From contig JASGGY010000001.1 in the NCBI GenBank assembly GCA_047602575.1, forward strand, positions 142,413 to 206,412: a stretch of DNA of 64,000 nt. The letters run 5' to 3'. The stretch is from Oscillospiraceae bacterium. Lineage in GTDB: Bacteria > Bacillota > Clostridia > Oscillospirales > Ruminococcaceae. The number at the start of each line of letters is the position of its first letter. Position 1 is the stretch's first letter. Made by a program: the position numbers and the translations under genes. This document shows positions 10,359-18,626 of the stretch, in pieces. The notes under the pieces were generated by a model, which had not been told where the DNA came from, did no database searches, and saw nothing but the letters and a program-made list of their open reading frames with translations.

Positions 10359-10859
10359 TTATGAAAATGCTTCGTCGCTGAATAAATCCGCGTCGTCGGC
10401 AAGTCGCACATACGCGCAGTCCGCGGTTTTCACCGTGAGGGCTGTTCCGACGCAGTCGAGTGTCAGCGCGCCGTCGCTGTGCGCAACCAGCCGCGCGGTG
10501 AACTCCTTGCGCCCGTCGGTTTCACGGAATAGCTTCACGCGCACGTCGCATCCCAAGAATTTCTCAAAATGCGCCGCCTTGCGCAGCAGCCGACCAAGTC
10601 CCGGGCCGCCGACCTCCAGCACATAGCTTTGGTCGATCGGGTCAGCCGCGTCGAGAATTTCATTAAACGGCGCGGTGAACGCTTCGCAGTCCGCCATGCC
10701 GATCCCCGCGTCGCTGTCGATCATCACGCTGAGAATCCACATCGAGCCTTCTTTTTCAAATGTCACATCCCACAGTGTATAGCCGAGCTTTTTGCATAGC
10801 GGCTCGGCGAGCCGTTCGATCACGGCGGTGGTGTTTTTTGTTCCCGTGGTTTTCCCCAT
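10359..10859 (-). CDS. rimP: ribosome maturation factor RimP
   Basis: 166 aa ORF with ..LWDVTFEKEGSMWILSVMID...YVLEVGGPGLGRLL (RimP pattern). First gene of the nusA-infB operon. Confidence 0.85.
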   Translation of the reverse strand: MGKTTGTKNTTAVIERLAEPLCKKLGYTLWDVTFEKEGSMWILSVMIDSDAGIGMADCEAFTAPFNEILDAADPIDQSYVLEVGGPGLGRLLRKAAHFEKFLGCDVRVKLFRETDGRKEFTARLVAHSDGALTLDCVGTALTVKTADCAYVRLADDADLFSDEAFS

Positions 10860-10887
10860 AAGCGGGCGTTCTCCTTCCGTAGTGGTT

Positions 10888-10932
10888 TTCTTTTACAAAA
10901 GCGAAAGACCGGAACCAAGTTTCCAGTCTTTC
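10888..10932 (-). terminator. leader hairpin with U-rich tail between the promoter and rimP (candidate attenuator)
   Basis: Minus strand reads GAAAGACTGGAAAC-TT-GGTTCCGGTCTTTC followed by GCTTTTGTAAAAG, about 30 nt before the rimP SD. Confidence 0.4.
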
Positions 10933-10950
10933 ATCATACTTATTGTACCC

Positions 10951-10979
10951 AGTATAGCACAAACGCGCGGAAAATTCAA
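10951..10979 (-). promoter_or_regulatory. putative sigma-A promoter of the rimP-nusA-infB operon
   Basis: Minus strand reads TTGAAT (10974-10979), a 17-nt spacer ending in TGTGC, then TATACT (10951-10956). Confidence 0.55.
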
Positions 10980-11054
10980 GCGCTTCCCGTATTTTTGGCA
11001 CTATGCGGTAAATTCATCCTTTGTGCCCATCCTACTTTGGCGATATTGCGCAAA

Positions 11055-11405
11055 TCAAACGGGATTCCTGTCGGTTTTTACAATCCCCTCCGCGAAATCC
11101 ACCGGAACGGTAAAGAGAATGCCGGTGTTCGGCTCTGAAAGATTGCCCACCGTGGCGTAGCAGACCTTGCGCACCAGCTCGATCTGGTCGTCGGAAATCA
11201 GCGAGAGGATGGTTTTGTTGCCCTCCGCCGTGCTGAACAGCGCCCGCAGCGACGCGCCGAAGAAATTGCCGTCAAGCCTTGACACCGTCGCGGCAAGCCC
11301 CTCGGAGTCGAGAATGGTTGCGCCCTTGATTCCTGCGGTGCTGAGCCCCTCTAAAAACTGCGCGAGGACCTCGGTGCGGCTGAGAATGAAAATCATCAGT
11401 TTCAT
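11055..11405 (-). CDS. small P-II-like family protein (hypothetical)
   Basis: 116 aa ORF MKLMIFILSRTEVLAQFLEGLSTAGIKGATILDSEGL.. with the alternating beta-alpha pattern recalled from P-II-like proteins. No partner membrane gene is adjacent. Confidence 0.45.
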   Translation of the reverse strand: MKLMIFILSRTEVLAQFLEGLSTAGIKGATILDSEGLAATVSRLDGNFFGASLRALFSTAEGNKTILSLISDDQIELVRKVCYATVGNLSEPNTGILFTVPVDFAEGIVKTDRNPV

Positions 11406-11433
11406 TGTGCGGTCCCTTTCTTTTTTAGATGTT

Positions 11434-11466
11434 GAAGTTAGAAGTCAGAGGTTAGAATTGGGGTTA
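11434..11466 (+). repeat. solo heptad array
   Basis: GAAGTTA GAAGTCA GAGGTTA GAATTGG GGTTAC, between two minus-strand genes. Confidence 0.7.
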
Positions 11467-11482
11467 CCTACCGTCTGCTTCG

Positions 11483-12481
11483 CTAGGCGGCGGGTTGGGT
11501 GCTGTCCGCCGTGGCTGCGGCGGGGTTGAGGAAGCCGCCGAGCATTTCCTTGAACACGGCGCTGACGGTGAATGTGCCGGCGGGCGACCAGGTTCCCGTG
11601 GGGATGATGCAGTAAGCGGGGCGGACGGCGTTGTTGCGCAGATAATTGATTGACACTTTGGCAACCTTATATTCAACCGTTGTGATATTTGAGTCGGATT
11701 GTTCATATAAAGCATTGAATACGCTGTCGATGTCGTCGTCGGTCAGACCGGCTGTCTGGAAAACGGTGTTGAGCCAATCCGCCAGAAGCGTTCCCGTGAC
11801 CTTGACGTTTGCTGCCGCACCGTCGGAAAAGGTGGGGTAATTCATGATCATACGCAGCTGTGCGCCCTCAAGCGCGGTTTTTGTTCCTTTGGGATAAGCC
11901 ACGGATTCCTTTGTGATGGGATCGCGATAAAACAGCTCCTCGGTGACGGTGTAAAGCACACCGCCGGTCAGCTTAACAACCTTGTCAAACGCATCGCCGG
12001 TGACGGTCATGTATTTGTCCGTCGTGATGCCAAGCTCCGTTTCCAGCGATTTGCGCACGGAGATGATTCCCCCCGCGGCATAGAGGTTGGAGATCGTCTG
12101 TCCTTCGCAGACCGTCGCCGGAGAGAGCGGAATCACAACCAGCTTGCCCGTCGCGGGCAGAGAGCGGATCACGGCGCAGTTGCTCACCTTTCCGGAATCG
12201 ATCATCAGAAAGAGCATGGTGCGGTTGTTTGCCTCGCTGATGCCGGCGGACTGGGCGGTGGGAACGGACGAGGCGTCGTCGCCGGTCGAACTGAGGCTCT
12301 GCATCAGCTTCATGCCGGCAAAGCCGAACACCACCAGACACAGCATCAGGGTCAGGAAATACACCAGCGCCACGGGGGCTTGCGAGCGCTTCTTGCGCGC
12401 GGGCTTGCCGTCCGCCGGCACGGCGGGCAGGGGGAGGGGTGCGCCCGTCGGTTTCTCGGGGGTGGGGGTGTTGGAATTCAC
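11483..12481 (-). CDS. membrane-anchored LytR/CpsA/Psr (LCP)-like protein
   Basis: 332 aa ORF with GTG start (12479-12481) and an AAAGGAG SD 9 nt upstream. One N-terminal TM helix, then an LCP-like core (TMLFLMID..VIPLSPATV..ITTDKYMTVTGDAFDKVVKLTGGV..GAQLRMIMNY). Confidence 0.5.
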   Translation of the reverse strand: MNSNTPTPEKPTGAPLPLPAVPADGKPARKKRSQAPVALVYFLTLMLCLVVFGFAGMKLMQSLSSTGDDASSVPTAQSAGISEANNRTMLFLMIDSGKVSNCAVIRSLPATGKLVVIPLSPATVCEGQTISNLYAAGGIISVRKSLETELGITTDKYMTVTGDAFDKVVKLTGGVLYTVTEELFYRDPITKESVAYPKGTKTALEGAQLRMIMNYPTFSDGAAANVKVTGTLLADWLNTVFQTAGLTDDDIDSVFNALYEQSDSNITTVEYKVAKVSINYLRNNAVRPAYCIIPTGTWSPAGTFTVSAVFKEMLGGFLNPAAATADSTQPAA

Positions 12482-12571
12482 GCTGCACAGCTCCTTTTTC
12501 TATCCGGTGATAAAAAAATCCGGAAAAGGTCTTGAATAATTGCGTCCGGGGGTGTAAACTGATAAATGGCG

Positions 12572-13125
12572 TCACGGGGAATCTTCCCCGACCAGCGGGG
12601 CGATCCTGTCGATGCGGATGACGTGGGTGTCAAGCTGCTTGCGTTCGGCATAGCGGATGGTCTGCCCCGTTCCGCTGCGGAAATCCGCCACGACCGCGAT
12701 GAGCTTTGACGCGCGGTCAATCATGTATTCGTTGCGCAGGCGCATGGCTGCGGGGGAATAGTGTTCGCAGACATAAACCATTTCATCCGCCTGCTCGGCG
12801 ATGATACCGTAGTTGAATTTGTCCTCGCCGCGGAATTTTGCGGCATAGCCGGGAAACGGCACGGCGCAGATCAGGCGCAGCGGGTAGGTTTTTTTCAGAT
12901 CCAGTACAATCGACGCGGCAAGCAGGTCAATGCCCTGCGCCATGCCGGTGATGAAGTCGGTATAGCCCGACGCGGCGGTGCGTTCGGTTTCAAGGCGCAG
13001 GATGCTGAGGATTCTGCGCAGCGCGGCGGAGCTTCTGTCGCCGCAGCCGGGAAGCTTTTCGCAGCGGTGACCGGAGAACGCGCAGGTTTTTTCTCTGTCG
13101 GAAATAACGCTCCCCTCCCTCGCAT
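12572..13125 (-). CDS. SLOG/DUF1273 (YpsA-like) protein, apparent 1-nt frameshift in an A/T run (13087-13092)
   Basis: ORF 12572-12943 (GMAQGIDLLAASIVLDLKKTYPLRLICAVPF..) is open further upstream through ..TCAFSGHRCEKLPG.. with no start codon. ATG 13123-13125 (ORF 12895-13125) joins that frame if the A6 run becomes A7. Confidence 0.55.
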
Positions 13126-13267
13126 GATGTCAGAACCGCCGCGGCAATCAAAGCGGCACTTTCAGCATACCACACCCGCGGAAATTTTTCAAGTGTTCCG
13201 CGCATTTTTTAGAAATATATACTGCGGTCCGCATACGGTCGGGCTGTGCGGGAAGGAATGGAATCAA

Positions 13268-14464
13268 ATGGACTATCTCAAGCGGACATGGGCGGAGATT
13301 CATCTGGATCGGCTCAAGCTGAATATGGAGGGCTTTCGTGCGGCACTCGGACGCGATGCGGCGGGCAATACGGCGCAGATCATGTGCGTGGTCAAGGCGG
13401 ACTGCTACGGGCATTGCGACCGGGCGATCGCGCCGTTTTTACAGGACACGCTGGGCGTGGACTGGTTTGCGGTGTCCAATCTGGAGGAAGCCGTGCATAT
13501 GCGCGACAGCGGCATCACGGGGGAAATTCTCATCTTAGGCTACACCCCGCCGGAAGCCGCGGGCGAAATTGAGCGCTATGACATCATCCAGACGGTGACG
13601 GAGCTTCCCTACGCGCGGGAGCTGGCGCGTTACATCGCACCGGGGAAGCGGGTGCGCGTTCATATTAAAATAGACACGGGCATGACGCGGATCGGGCTTC
13701 ACGCGCAGGGCGTTTCCGGCGAAGCGGCGGTGAACGCCGTCTGTGACGAAGCGCAGGAAATCGTCCGCACGCCGGGCATCTGCGCGGAGGGTATTTTCAC
13801 CCACCTCGCCGTCGCGGACAGCGACGCGCCCGACGACGCGGCTTATACCGAAAACCAGCGCGCGATGATTCTGGCGGTTGCCGCACAGTTGAAAAAGCGC
13901 CTTGTCCTGCTGGAGCAGGTGCATTACCTCAACTCCGCCGGTGGGCTTTATTTAAATGACAGCCAGAGTACGCTGGCGCGTCTTGGCATTGTGCTGTACG
14001 GGCTTTGTCCGAACCCGGCGCTTGCCGTGCCGTTTCCGCTGCATCCGGTGATGGAGCTGCGTTCCCGCGTGGCGCAGGTGAAAACGGTGAAAGCTGGAAC
14101 CTGTGTCAGCTACGGCAGAACGTTCACAGCTCCCCGAGACATGGAAATCGCCACCGTCTGCGCGGGCTATGCCGACGGCTATCCGCGGGCGCTGTCCAAC
14201 CGCGGCGCGGTTCTCGTCGGCGGAAAGCGCGCCCCCATTGTCGGACGCGTCTGCATGGATCAGTTCATGTGCGATGTGACGGGGCTTGGCGTGAAGTCCG
14301 GCGACGTCGCCACGCTCATCGGCACGGACGGCTGCGAAACCGTCACCGCCGACGACATTGCGGCGCTCTGTGGGACAATCGGGTATGAAATCGTCTGCGG
14401 CATCTCAAAACGCGTCCCGCGGGTTATTTTCCGCGACGGGGCGGCATACAATGTTTACAAATAA
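13268..14464 (+). CDS. alr: alanine racemase
   Basis: Start at MDYLKRTWAEIHLDRL. PLP-lysine motif VVKADCYGHC and C-terminal ..VCMDQFMCDV..IGYEIVCGISKRVPR. The 5' part of ORF 12761-14464 is antisense to the neighbouring gene. Confidence 0.9.
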   Translation: MDYLKRTWAEIHLDRLKLNMEGFRAALGRDAAGNTAQIMCVVKADCYGHCDRAIAPFLQDTLGVDWFAVSNLEEAVHMRDSGITGEILILGYTPPEAAGEIERYDIIQTVTELPYARELARYIAPGKRVRVHIKIDTGMTRIGLHAQGVSGEAAVNAVCDEAQEIVRTPGICAEGIFTHLAVADSDAPDDAAYTENQRAMILAVAAQLKKRLVLLEQVHYLNSAGGLYLNDSQSTLARLGIVLYGLCPNPALAVPFPLHPVMELRSRVAQVKTVKAGTCVSYGRTFTAPRDMEIATVCAGYADGYPRALSNRGAVLVGGKRAPIVGRVCMDQFMCDVTGLGVKSGDVATLIGTDGCETVTADDIAALCGTIGYEIVCGISKRVPRVIFRDGAAYNVYK

Positions 14465-14513
14465 GACACGAGAAAATTTGTGATTTTTATGTGGAAATTT
14501 GTCGGAAAGGCTA

Positions 14514-14542
14514 TTGACAATTTTTTTTATGAATGTTAAAAT
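14514..14542 (+). promoter_or_regulatory. putative sigma-A promoter of the zinc-ribbon gene pair
   Basis: TTGACA (14514-14519), a 17-nt spacer, then TAAAAT (14537-14542). Confidence 0.55.
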
Positions 14543-14642
14543 AGAATTGGTATCCGAATGCAGCAAATAACATTCGGCATCAGTCCGGTGCGGTGCCGCC
14601 AAGAAATGCACCGGATCACAGTTTAAAATCAGGAGGGCTTTT

Positions 14643-15335
14643 ATGTCAAAATTCTGTACATCCTGCGGTGCATCCTTGTCCGATGAGGCGGGCTTCTGCA
14701 CCAATTGCGGCGCAAAGTCGCCGCAGACTGCGCCCGCTCAGCCGGCTTTCCAAACCGCGCCGGCAATGAATCAGAACACGCCGATATCCAACATCACCGC
14801 GGCGCTGGGAACGCCGGTTGATTTCATAAAAGCCAGGCTTAAAAATATGAACAAAAATGTCTGCGTCGGCATCTGTGCTGTGGTGGCAGGCGTGTTGGTG
14901 ATCATTCTGCTGCTGAGTATACTGGGTGGCGCCTATAAAAAACCGATCCGCAACATGGTCAAGGGTATGGATCAACAGGATTTTGACAAATACCTCTCCG
15001 CTTTCGCCGACGACGAGCAGGACTCGATAAAGGACAGTGTTGACGACGAAGATGACTACATGAAAGATCAGATGGATATCTATGAGGATATCGTCGGAAA
15101 CGACGTTGATATCTCCTATGACATTCTCGACAAAACGAAGCTTGACAAGGATCAGCTCGACGATTATGAGGACAGCTACAAATCGCGTTACGATGAAAAA
15201 ACAGACATCACCAAGGGCTACGATGTCTGCGTGAAAGTTACCATCAAAGGCGACGACGAGAAGCGGGTCAACTACCGCGACGTGACGGTGTTAAAAATTG
15301 ACGGCAAGTGGTGCGTTTACAGCGGCGGTCTTTAA
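14643..15335 (+). CDS. zinc-ribbon membrane protein with acidic extracytoplasmic domain
   Basis: 230 aa ORF MSKFCTSCGASLSDEAGFCTNCGAK (CxxC..CxxC), one TM helix and an Asp/Lys-rich C-terminal domain. SD AGGAGGG upstream. Confidence 0.6.
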   Translation: MSKFCTSCGASLSDEAGFCTNCGAKSPQTAPAQPAFQTAPAMNQNTPISNITAALGTPVDFIKARLKNMNKNVCVGICAVVAGVLVIILLLSILGGAYKKPIRNMVKGMDQQDFDKYLSAFADDEQDSIKDSVDDEDDYMKDQMDIYEDIVGNDVDISYDILDKTKLDKDQLDDYEDSYKSRYDEKTDITKGYDVCVKVTIKGDDEKRVNYRDVTVLKIDGKWCVYSGGL

Positions 15336-15391
15336 GGCAATCAAATCGCATTCGTTTTATAAAAGATATACATAAACTAGGAGGAAAAACT

Positions 15392-16108
15392 ATGTCAAAA
15401 TTCTGCACATCCTGCGGCGCAGCCCTATCCGATGATGCCGGCTTCTGCACAAGTTGCGGCGCAAAAACCGCACAAGCTGTCGCACCCCAGCCCGCTCCCG
15501 TGGTTACACCCACCCCTGTTCCCGCCGGCGCAACGGTTGCACAGGGCACACCGCTTGATTCGTTCAAGAAAAAAGTAAAGGAAATCTGGACAGGTCCTAA
15601 CCGCAATAAGATCATCGGCATCGCCGCCATCGCTGTGGTTGCGATCATTGTGCTGTGTATTCTGGCAAGTCTTTTGGGCGGCGGCTATAAAAAACCCATT
15701 GACAATCTGTTCAAGGGAATGGAAAAGGGCGACGAAGACAAATTCTTTTCCGCGTTCCCGAAAGAGGCAGAGGATCAATTTAAATCCTACAGCTCGATCC
15801 TCGGCTCATCGTCATCGTTCTTGGATTCCATCACCGACGAGCTGGAAGATAAATACGGTGACGACATTAAAATATCCTATAAGGTTAAAGATAAGGATAA
15901 AATGGACAAAGACGATCTTGACGATCTCGAAGATGATTATAAGGATAAATACGATGAGAAAGTTAAAATTACCAAAGGCTATGAGTTGACGTTGGATGTT
16001 ACCATTAAAGGTGACGACGATAAGGATACCGATGATATGGATATCACGGTTCTGAAAATTGACGGCGATTGGTATGTCGATTTCTCGTCATTCGATGTAA
16101 TGGACTAA
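15392..16108 (+). CDS. zinc-ribbon membrane protein, tandem paralog of 14643-15335
   Basis: Start at MSKFCTSCGAALSDDAGFCTSCGAK (SD AGGAGGA). Same architecture as the upstream gene; the first ~80 nt are similar at the DNA level. Confidence 0.6.
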   Translation: MSKFCTSCGAALSDDAGFCTSCGAKTAQAVAPQPAPVVTPTPVPAGATVAQGTPLDSFKKKVKEIWTGPNRNKIIGIAAIAVVAIIVLCILASLLGGGYKKPIDNLFKGMEKGDEDKFFSAFPKEAEDQFKSYSSILGSSSSFLDSITDELEDKYGDDIKISYKVKDKDKMDKDDLDDLEDDYKDKYDEKVKITKGYELTLDVTIKGDDDKDTDDMDITVLKIDGDWYVDFSSFDVMD

Positions 16109-16194
16109 ACCGGAACTAGGCAATTAACAAAATTCTCAATTCGTTTAAATCTAATACATACCCATGCGCTATAATACACTTAACAGGTATAATT

Positions 16195-16333
16195 TGCGAC
16201 CGCAGAAGATTTGTTCTGACGCGCCCGCACAATCGATGAAACACTGAACCGCAAGATTCGTTCTGACGGGAAAGGCTGCGCTAAGGGATTACTGTAAGCA
16301 AAGGCTTTCCGCGTTGCGGAGAGCCTTTTTTGC
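16195..16333 (+). promoter_or_regulatory. structured leader of the hyd maturase operon: tandem ~20-nt direct repeat plus intrinsic terminator
   Basis: GCAGAAGATTTGTTCTGACG (16202-16221) and GCAAGATTCGTTCTGACG (16251-16268), then the hairpin AAGGCTTTCCGC-GTT-GCGGAGAGCCTT followed by TTTT (16301-16333). Two TATAAT boxes lie at 16171-16176 and 16189-16194. Confidence 0.4.
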
Positions 16334-16363
16334 GTTTAAAACAAATAGGAAGGGAAGTCCTCT

Positions 16364-16609
16364 ATGGAAAATCGGATTGCACTCATCGGAATCATCGTCG
16401 AAAACTACGATTCCGCGCAGCAACTCAACGAAATCCTGCACCAGTTTGGGCAATACATCATCGGGCGCATGGGCGTGCCTTATGAAAAGCGTAAAATCCA
16501 GATAATCAGCGTGGCGGTTGACGCGCCGCAGACAATCATCAGCACCCTTTCCGGCAAGCTCGGAATGCTTCCCGGTGTGACGACCAAAACAGTGTATTCC
16601 AAACAATAG
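16364..16609 (+). CDS. TM1266-family small ACT-like protein (putative iron-only hydrogenase system regulator)
   Basis: 81 aa ORF MENRIALIGIIVENYDSAQQLNEILHQFGQYIIGRMGVPY... This is the family I recall as linked to hydE/hydG/hydF, and it sits directly upstream of hydE. Confidence 0.65.
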   Translation: MENRIALIGIIVENYDSAQQLNEILHQFGQYIIGRMGVPYEKRKIQIISVAVDAPQTIISTLSGKLGMLPGVTTKTVYSKQ

Positions 16610-16626
16610 CCAAAGGAGGGCAAACG

Positions 16627-17721
16627 ATGGAGCAGATTTCCCAAACGGTTCTGACGGCATACATCGACCGGCTCGAACGTGAGCGTACCCTCACCGCCGA
16701 TGAATTTTCGGCACTGGTGGAATTCCACACCCCCGCTTTGGCGGAATATGTCGCACAAAAAGCCCGCACCCTGCGCGCGCAATACTACGACAACGATGTT
16801 TATATGCGCGGGCTGATTGAGTTCACCAATTACTGTAAAAACGACTGCTTTTATTGCGGCATCCGCCGGAGCAACACCGCTGCCGAGCGGTACAGGCTGA
16901 CAAAGGACGACATCCTCGCCTGTGCGGCGGAAGGCTATCAGCTGGGCTTCCGGACGTTCGTTTTGCAGGGCGGTGAAGATCCCTTTTTCACCGATGAGCG
17001 GCTAACGGAAATTGTTTCGGCGCTCAAAGCGGCTTACCCCGACTGCGCGGTGACGCTTTCCGTGGGGGAACGCAGCTTTGAAAGCTATAAAAAGCTGTAT
17101 GACGCGGGGGCTGACCGGTATTTGCTGCGCCACGAAACCGCCGACGAGGCGCATTACGCAACGCTTCATCCCGCAGAACTGACGCTCGAAAACCGCAAGC
17201 GCTGTTTGTTTGATTTAAAGAAAATCGGCTTTGAAGTCGGAACGGGCTTTATGGTTGGCTCGCCGCACCAGACCCCGCAGACCATCGCCAAGGATCTGCT
17301 GTTTCTGCGGGAGCTTTTGCCCCAGATGGTGGGCATCGGGCCGTTCATCCCGCACGCGGACACGCCGCTGAAAAGCCATCCCGCCGGAAGTGCGCAGCTG
17401 ACGACATTTTTGCTCTCGCTCATCCGGATTATGCTGCCAAACGTCCTGCTCCCCGCCACCACTGCGCTCGGCACAATCGACCCCGCCGGGCGGGAAAAGG
17501 GCATTCTCTCCGGCGCAAATGTCGTGATGCCAAACCTCTCCCCCGTCGCGGTGCGGAAAAAATATATGCTCTACGACAATAAAATCTGCACCGGCGACGA
17601 GGCGGCGGAGTGCCGCTTCTGTATGCAGCGCAGGGTGGAGTCCATCGGCTATAAAATCGCCGTCTGTCGGGGGGATTGGAAGTCAGAAGTCAGAAGCCAG
17701 AAGTCAGAGGTCAGAAGATGA
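16627..17721 (+). CDS. hydE: [FeFe]-hydrogenase H-cluster maturase HydE (radical SAM)
   Basis: 364 aa ORF with the radical-SAM motif NYCKNDCFYCGIRR and BioB-like HydE sequence throughout. The last 13 codons (KSEVRSQKSEVRR) are encoded by a heptad repeat array. Confidence 0.85.
   Translation: MEQISQTVLTAYIDRLERERTLTADEFSALVEFHTPALAEYVAQKARTLRAQYYDNDVYMRGLIEFTNYCKNDCFYCGIRRSNTAAERYRLTKDDILACAAEGYQLGFRTFVLQGGEDPFFTDERLTEIVSALKAAYPDCAVTLSVGERSFESYKKLYDAGADRYLLRHETADEAHYATLHPAELTLENRKRCLFDLKKIGFEVGTGFMVGSPHQTPQTIAKDLLFLRELLPQMVGIGPFIPHADTPLKSHPAGSAQLTTFLLSLIRIMLPNVLLPATTALGTIDPAGREKGILSGANVVMPNLSPVAVRKKYMLYDNKICTGDEAAECRFCMQRRVESIGYKIAVCRGDWKSEVRSQKSEVRR
17679..17717 (+). repeat. heptad array (5.5 units) forming the 3' end of hydE
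   Basis: GAAGTCA GAAGTCA GAAGCCA GAAGTCA GAGGTCA GAAG, translated as KSEVRSQKSEVRR before the hydE TGA. Confidence 0.8.
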
Positions 17722-17744
17722 TGCGGCAAGATAGCGAGGGACGG

Positions 17745-18569
17745 ATGAAAACCTTATATGTAACGGATTTGGACGGAACGCTTTTAAAGAGCGATGAGAT
17801 GATTTCGGAATTCAGCCTGCAAGTAATCAACAAGCTTACTGCGTCCGGCACACTGTTTTCCTACGCGACCGCGCGCTCGCTGTCATCGGCGGTGGTTGTC
17901 ACGAAAGGGCTGGAGCTGAATGTTCCGGTTGTGATATACAACGGCGTTTTTCTTGTTAATCCCAAGACGGGGGAACAGATGGCGGAAAACACGTTCTGCG
18001 CGGACGAAATGAAAGAGGTTGTGCAATTTTTGACCGAACAGGAAATTTCCCCGCTTGTATATTCCTTTGTGAACGGTGAGGAAAAGGTATCGTGGCTTGC
18101 CGGAAGTGAGAACGAAGGCATGCGTCATTACCTATCCAACCGCAGGGGCGACCGCAGGCTGCGGGAGATTTCCGACCGCAAGGAGCTGTACGCAGGCGAG
18201 GTGTTCTATTTCACCTGTATCGGAACAAAAGAACGGCTTGCACCTGTTTATGCGCGGTTTCGGAACGATCCGCATTACAATGTGATTTTCCAGCAGGAGC
18301 TTTACAGAAATGAGTTTTGGTGTGAAATGATGCCAAAAAATGCGACAAAAGCGAATGCCTTGCTTCAACTGAAAAAAATATTGGGGTGCGATCGGCTTGT
18401 GACCTTTGGCGACCGCATCAATGACTTGCCGATGTTTGAGATTTCTGACGAATGCTACGCGGTGGAAAATGCTGTTTCAGAACTGAAAGAAAAAGCCACC
18501 GGAATCATCCGCTCAAACGATGCGGATGGTGTTGCGCGGTGGATGGAGGCAGAGGTTCGTAGGCAGTAG
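17745..18569 (+). CDS. Cof-type HAD-IIB phosphatase
   Basis: MKTLYVTDLDGTLL (DxD motif I) ..TFGDRINDLPMF (motif IV). An alternative start at ATG 17718 overlaps the hydE stop (ATGA). Confidence 0.7.
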   Translation: MKTLYVTDLDGTLLKSDEMISEFSLQVINKLTASGTLFSYATARSLSSAVVVTKGLELNVPVVIYNGVFLVNPKTGEQMAENTFCADEMKEVVQFLTEQEISPLVYSFVNGEEKVSWLAGSENEGMRHYLSNRRGDRRLREISDRKELYAGEVFYFTCIGTKERLAPVYARFRNDPHYNVIFQQELYRNEFWCEMMPKNATKANALLQLKKILGCDRLVTFGDRINDLPMFEISDECYAVENAVSELKEKATGIIRSNDADGVARWMEAEVRRQ

Positions 18570-18626
18570 GAGCATTTGTATGTGAACGGTAAGGACGATT
18601 CCCCGCTGTTTAGCAAGGAGTGAACT

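Noticed and set aside
12761-13267. N-terminal extensions offered by the ORF track for alr (12761), hydG (19151), the SBP gene (56130), metK (35373), spoIID (54917), ribF (3496), the L7Ae-like gene (9070) and the carbonic anhydrase gene (35308)
   Set aside because: The extensions overlap neighbouring genes, riboswitches or repeats. Internal starts with good SD sequences give proteins that begin where the families normally begin.
14471-14486. Exact 16-mer AGAAAATTTGTGATTT shared by 14471-14486 (after alr) and 50465-50480 (after rnr), considered as a regulator box
   Set aside because: One exact 16-mer match between two AT-rich intergenic stretches in 64 kb (both strands) is about what chance predicts. 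There is no dyad symmetry and no match to CRP/FNR-, Rex- or cre-type boxes.
17679-17717. Heptad arrays or hairpin repeats as a CRISPR array
   Set aside because: The units are 7 nt and directly tandem with no spacers. The hairpin modules are dispersed singly or in inverted pairs many kb apart. No cas genes are present.
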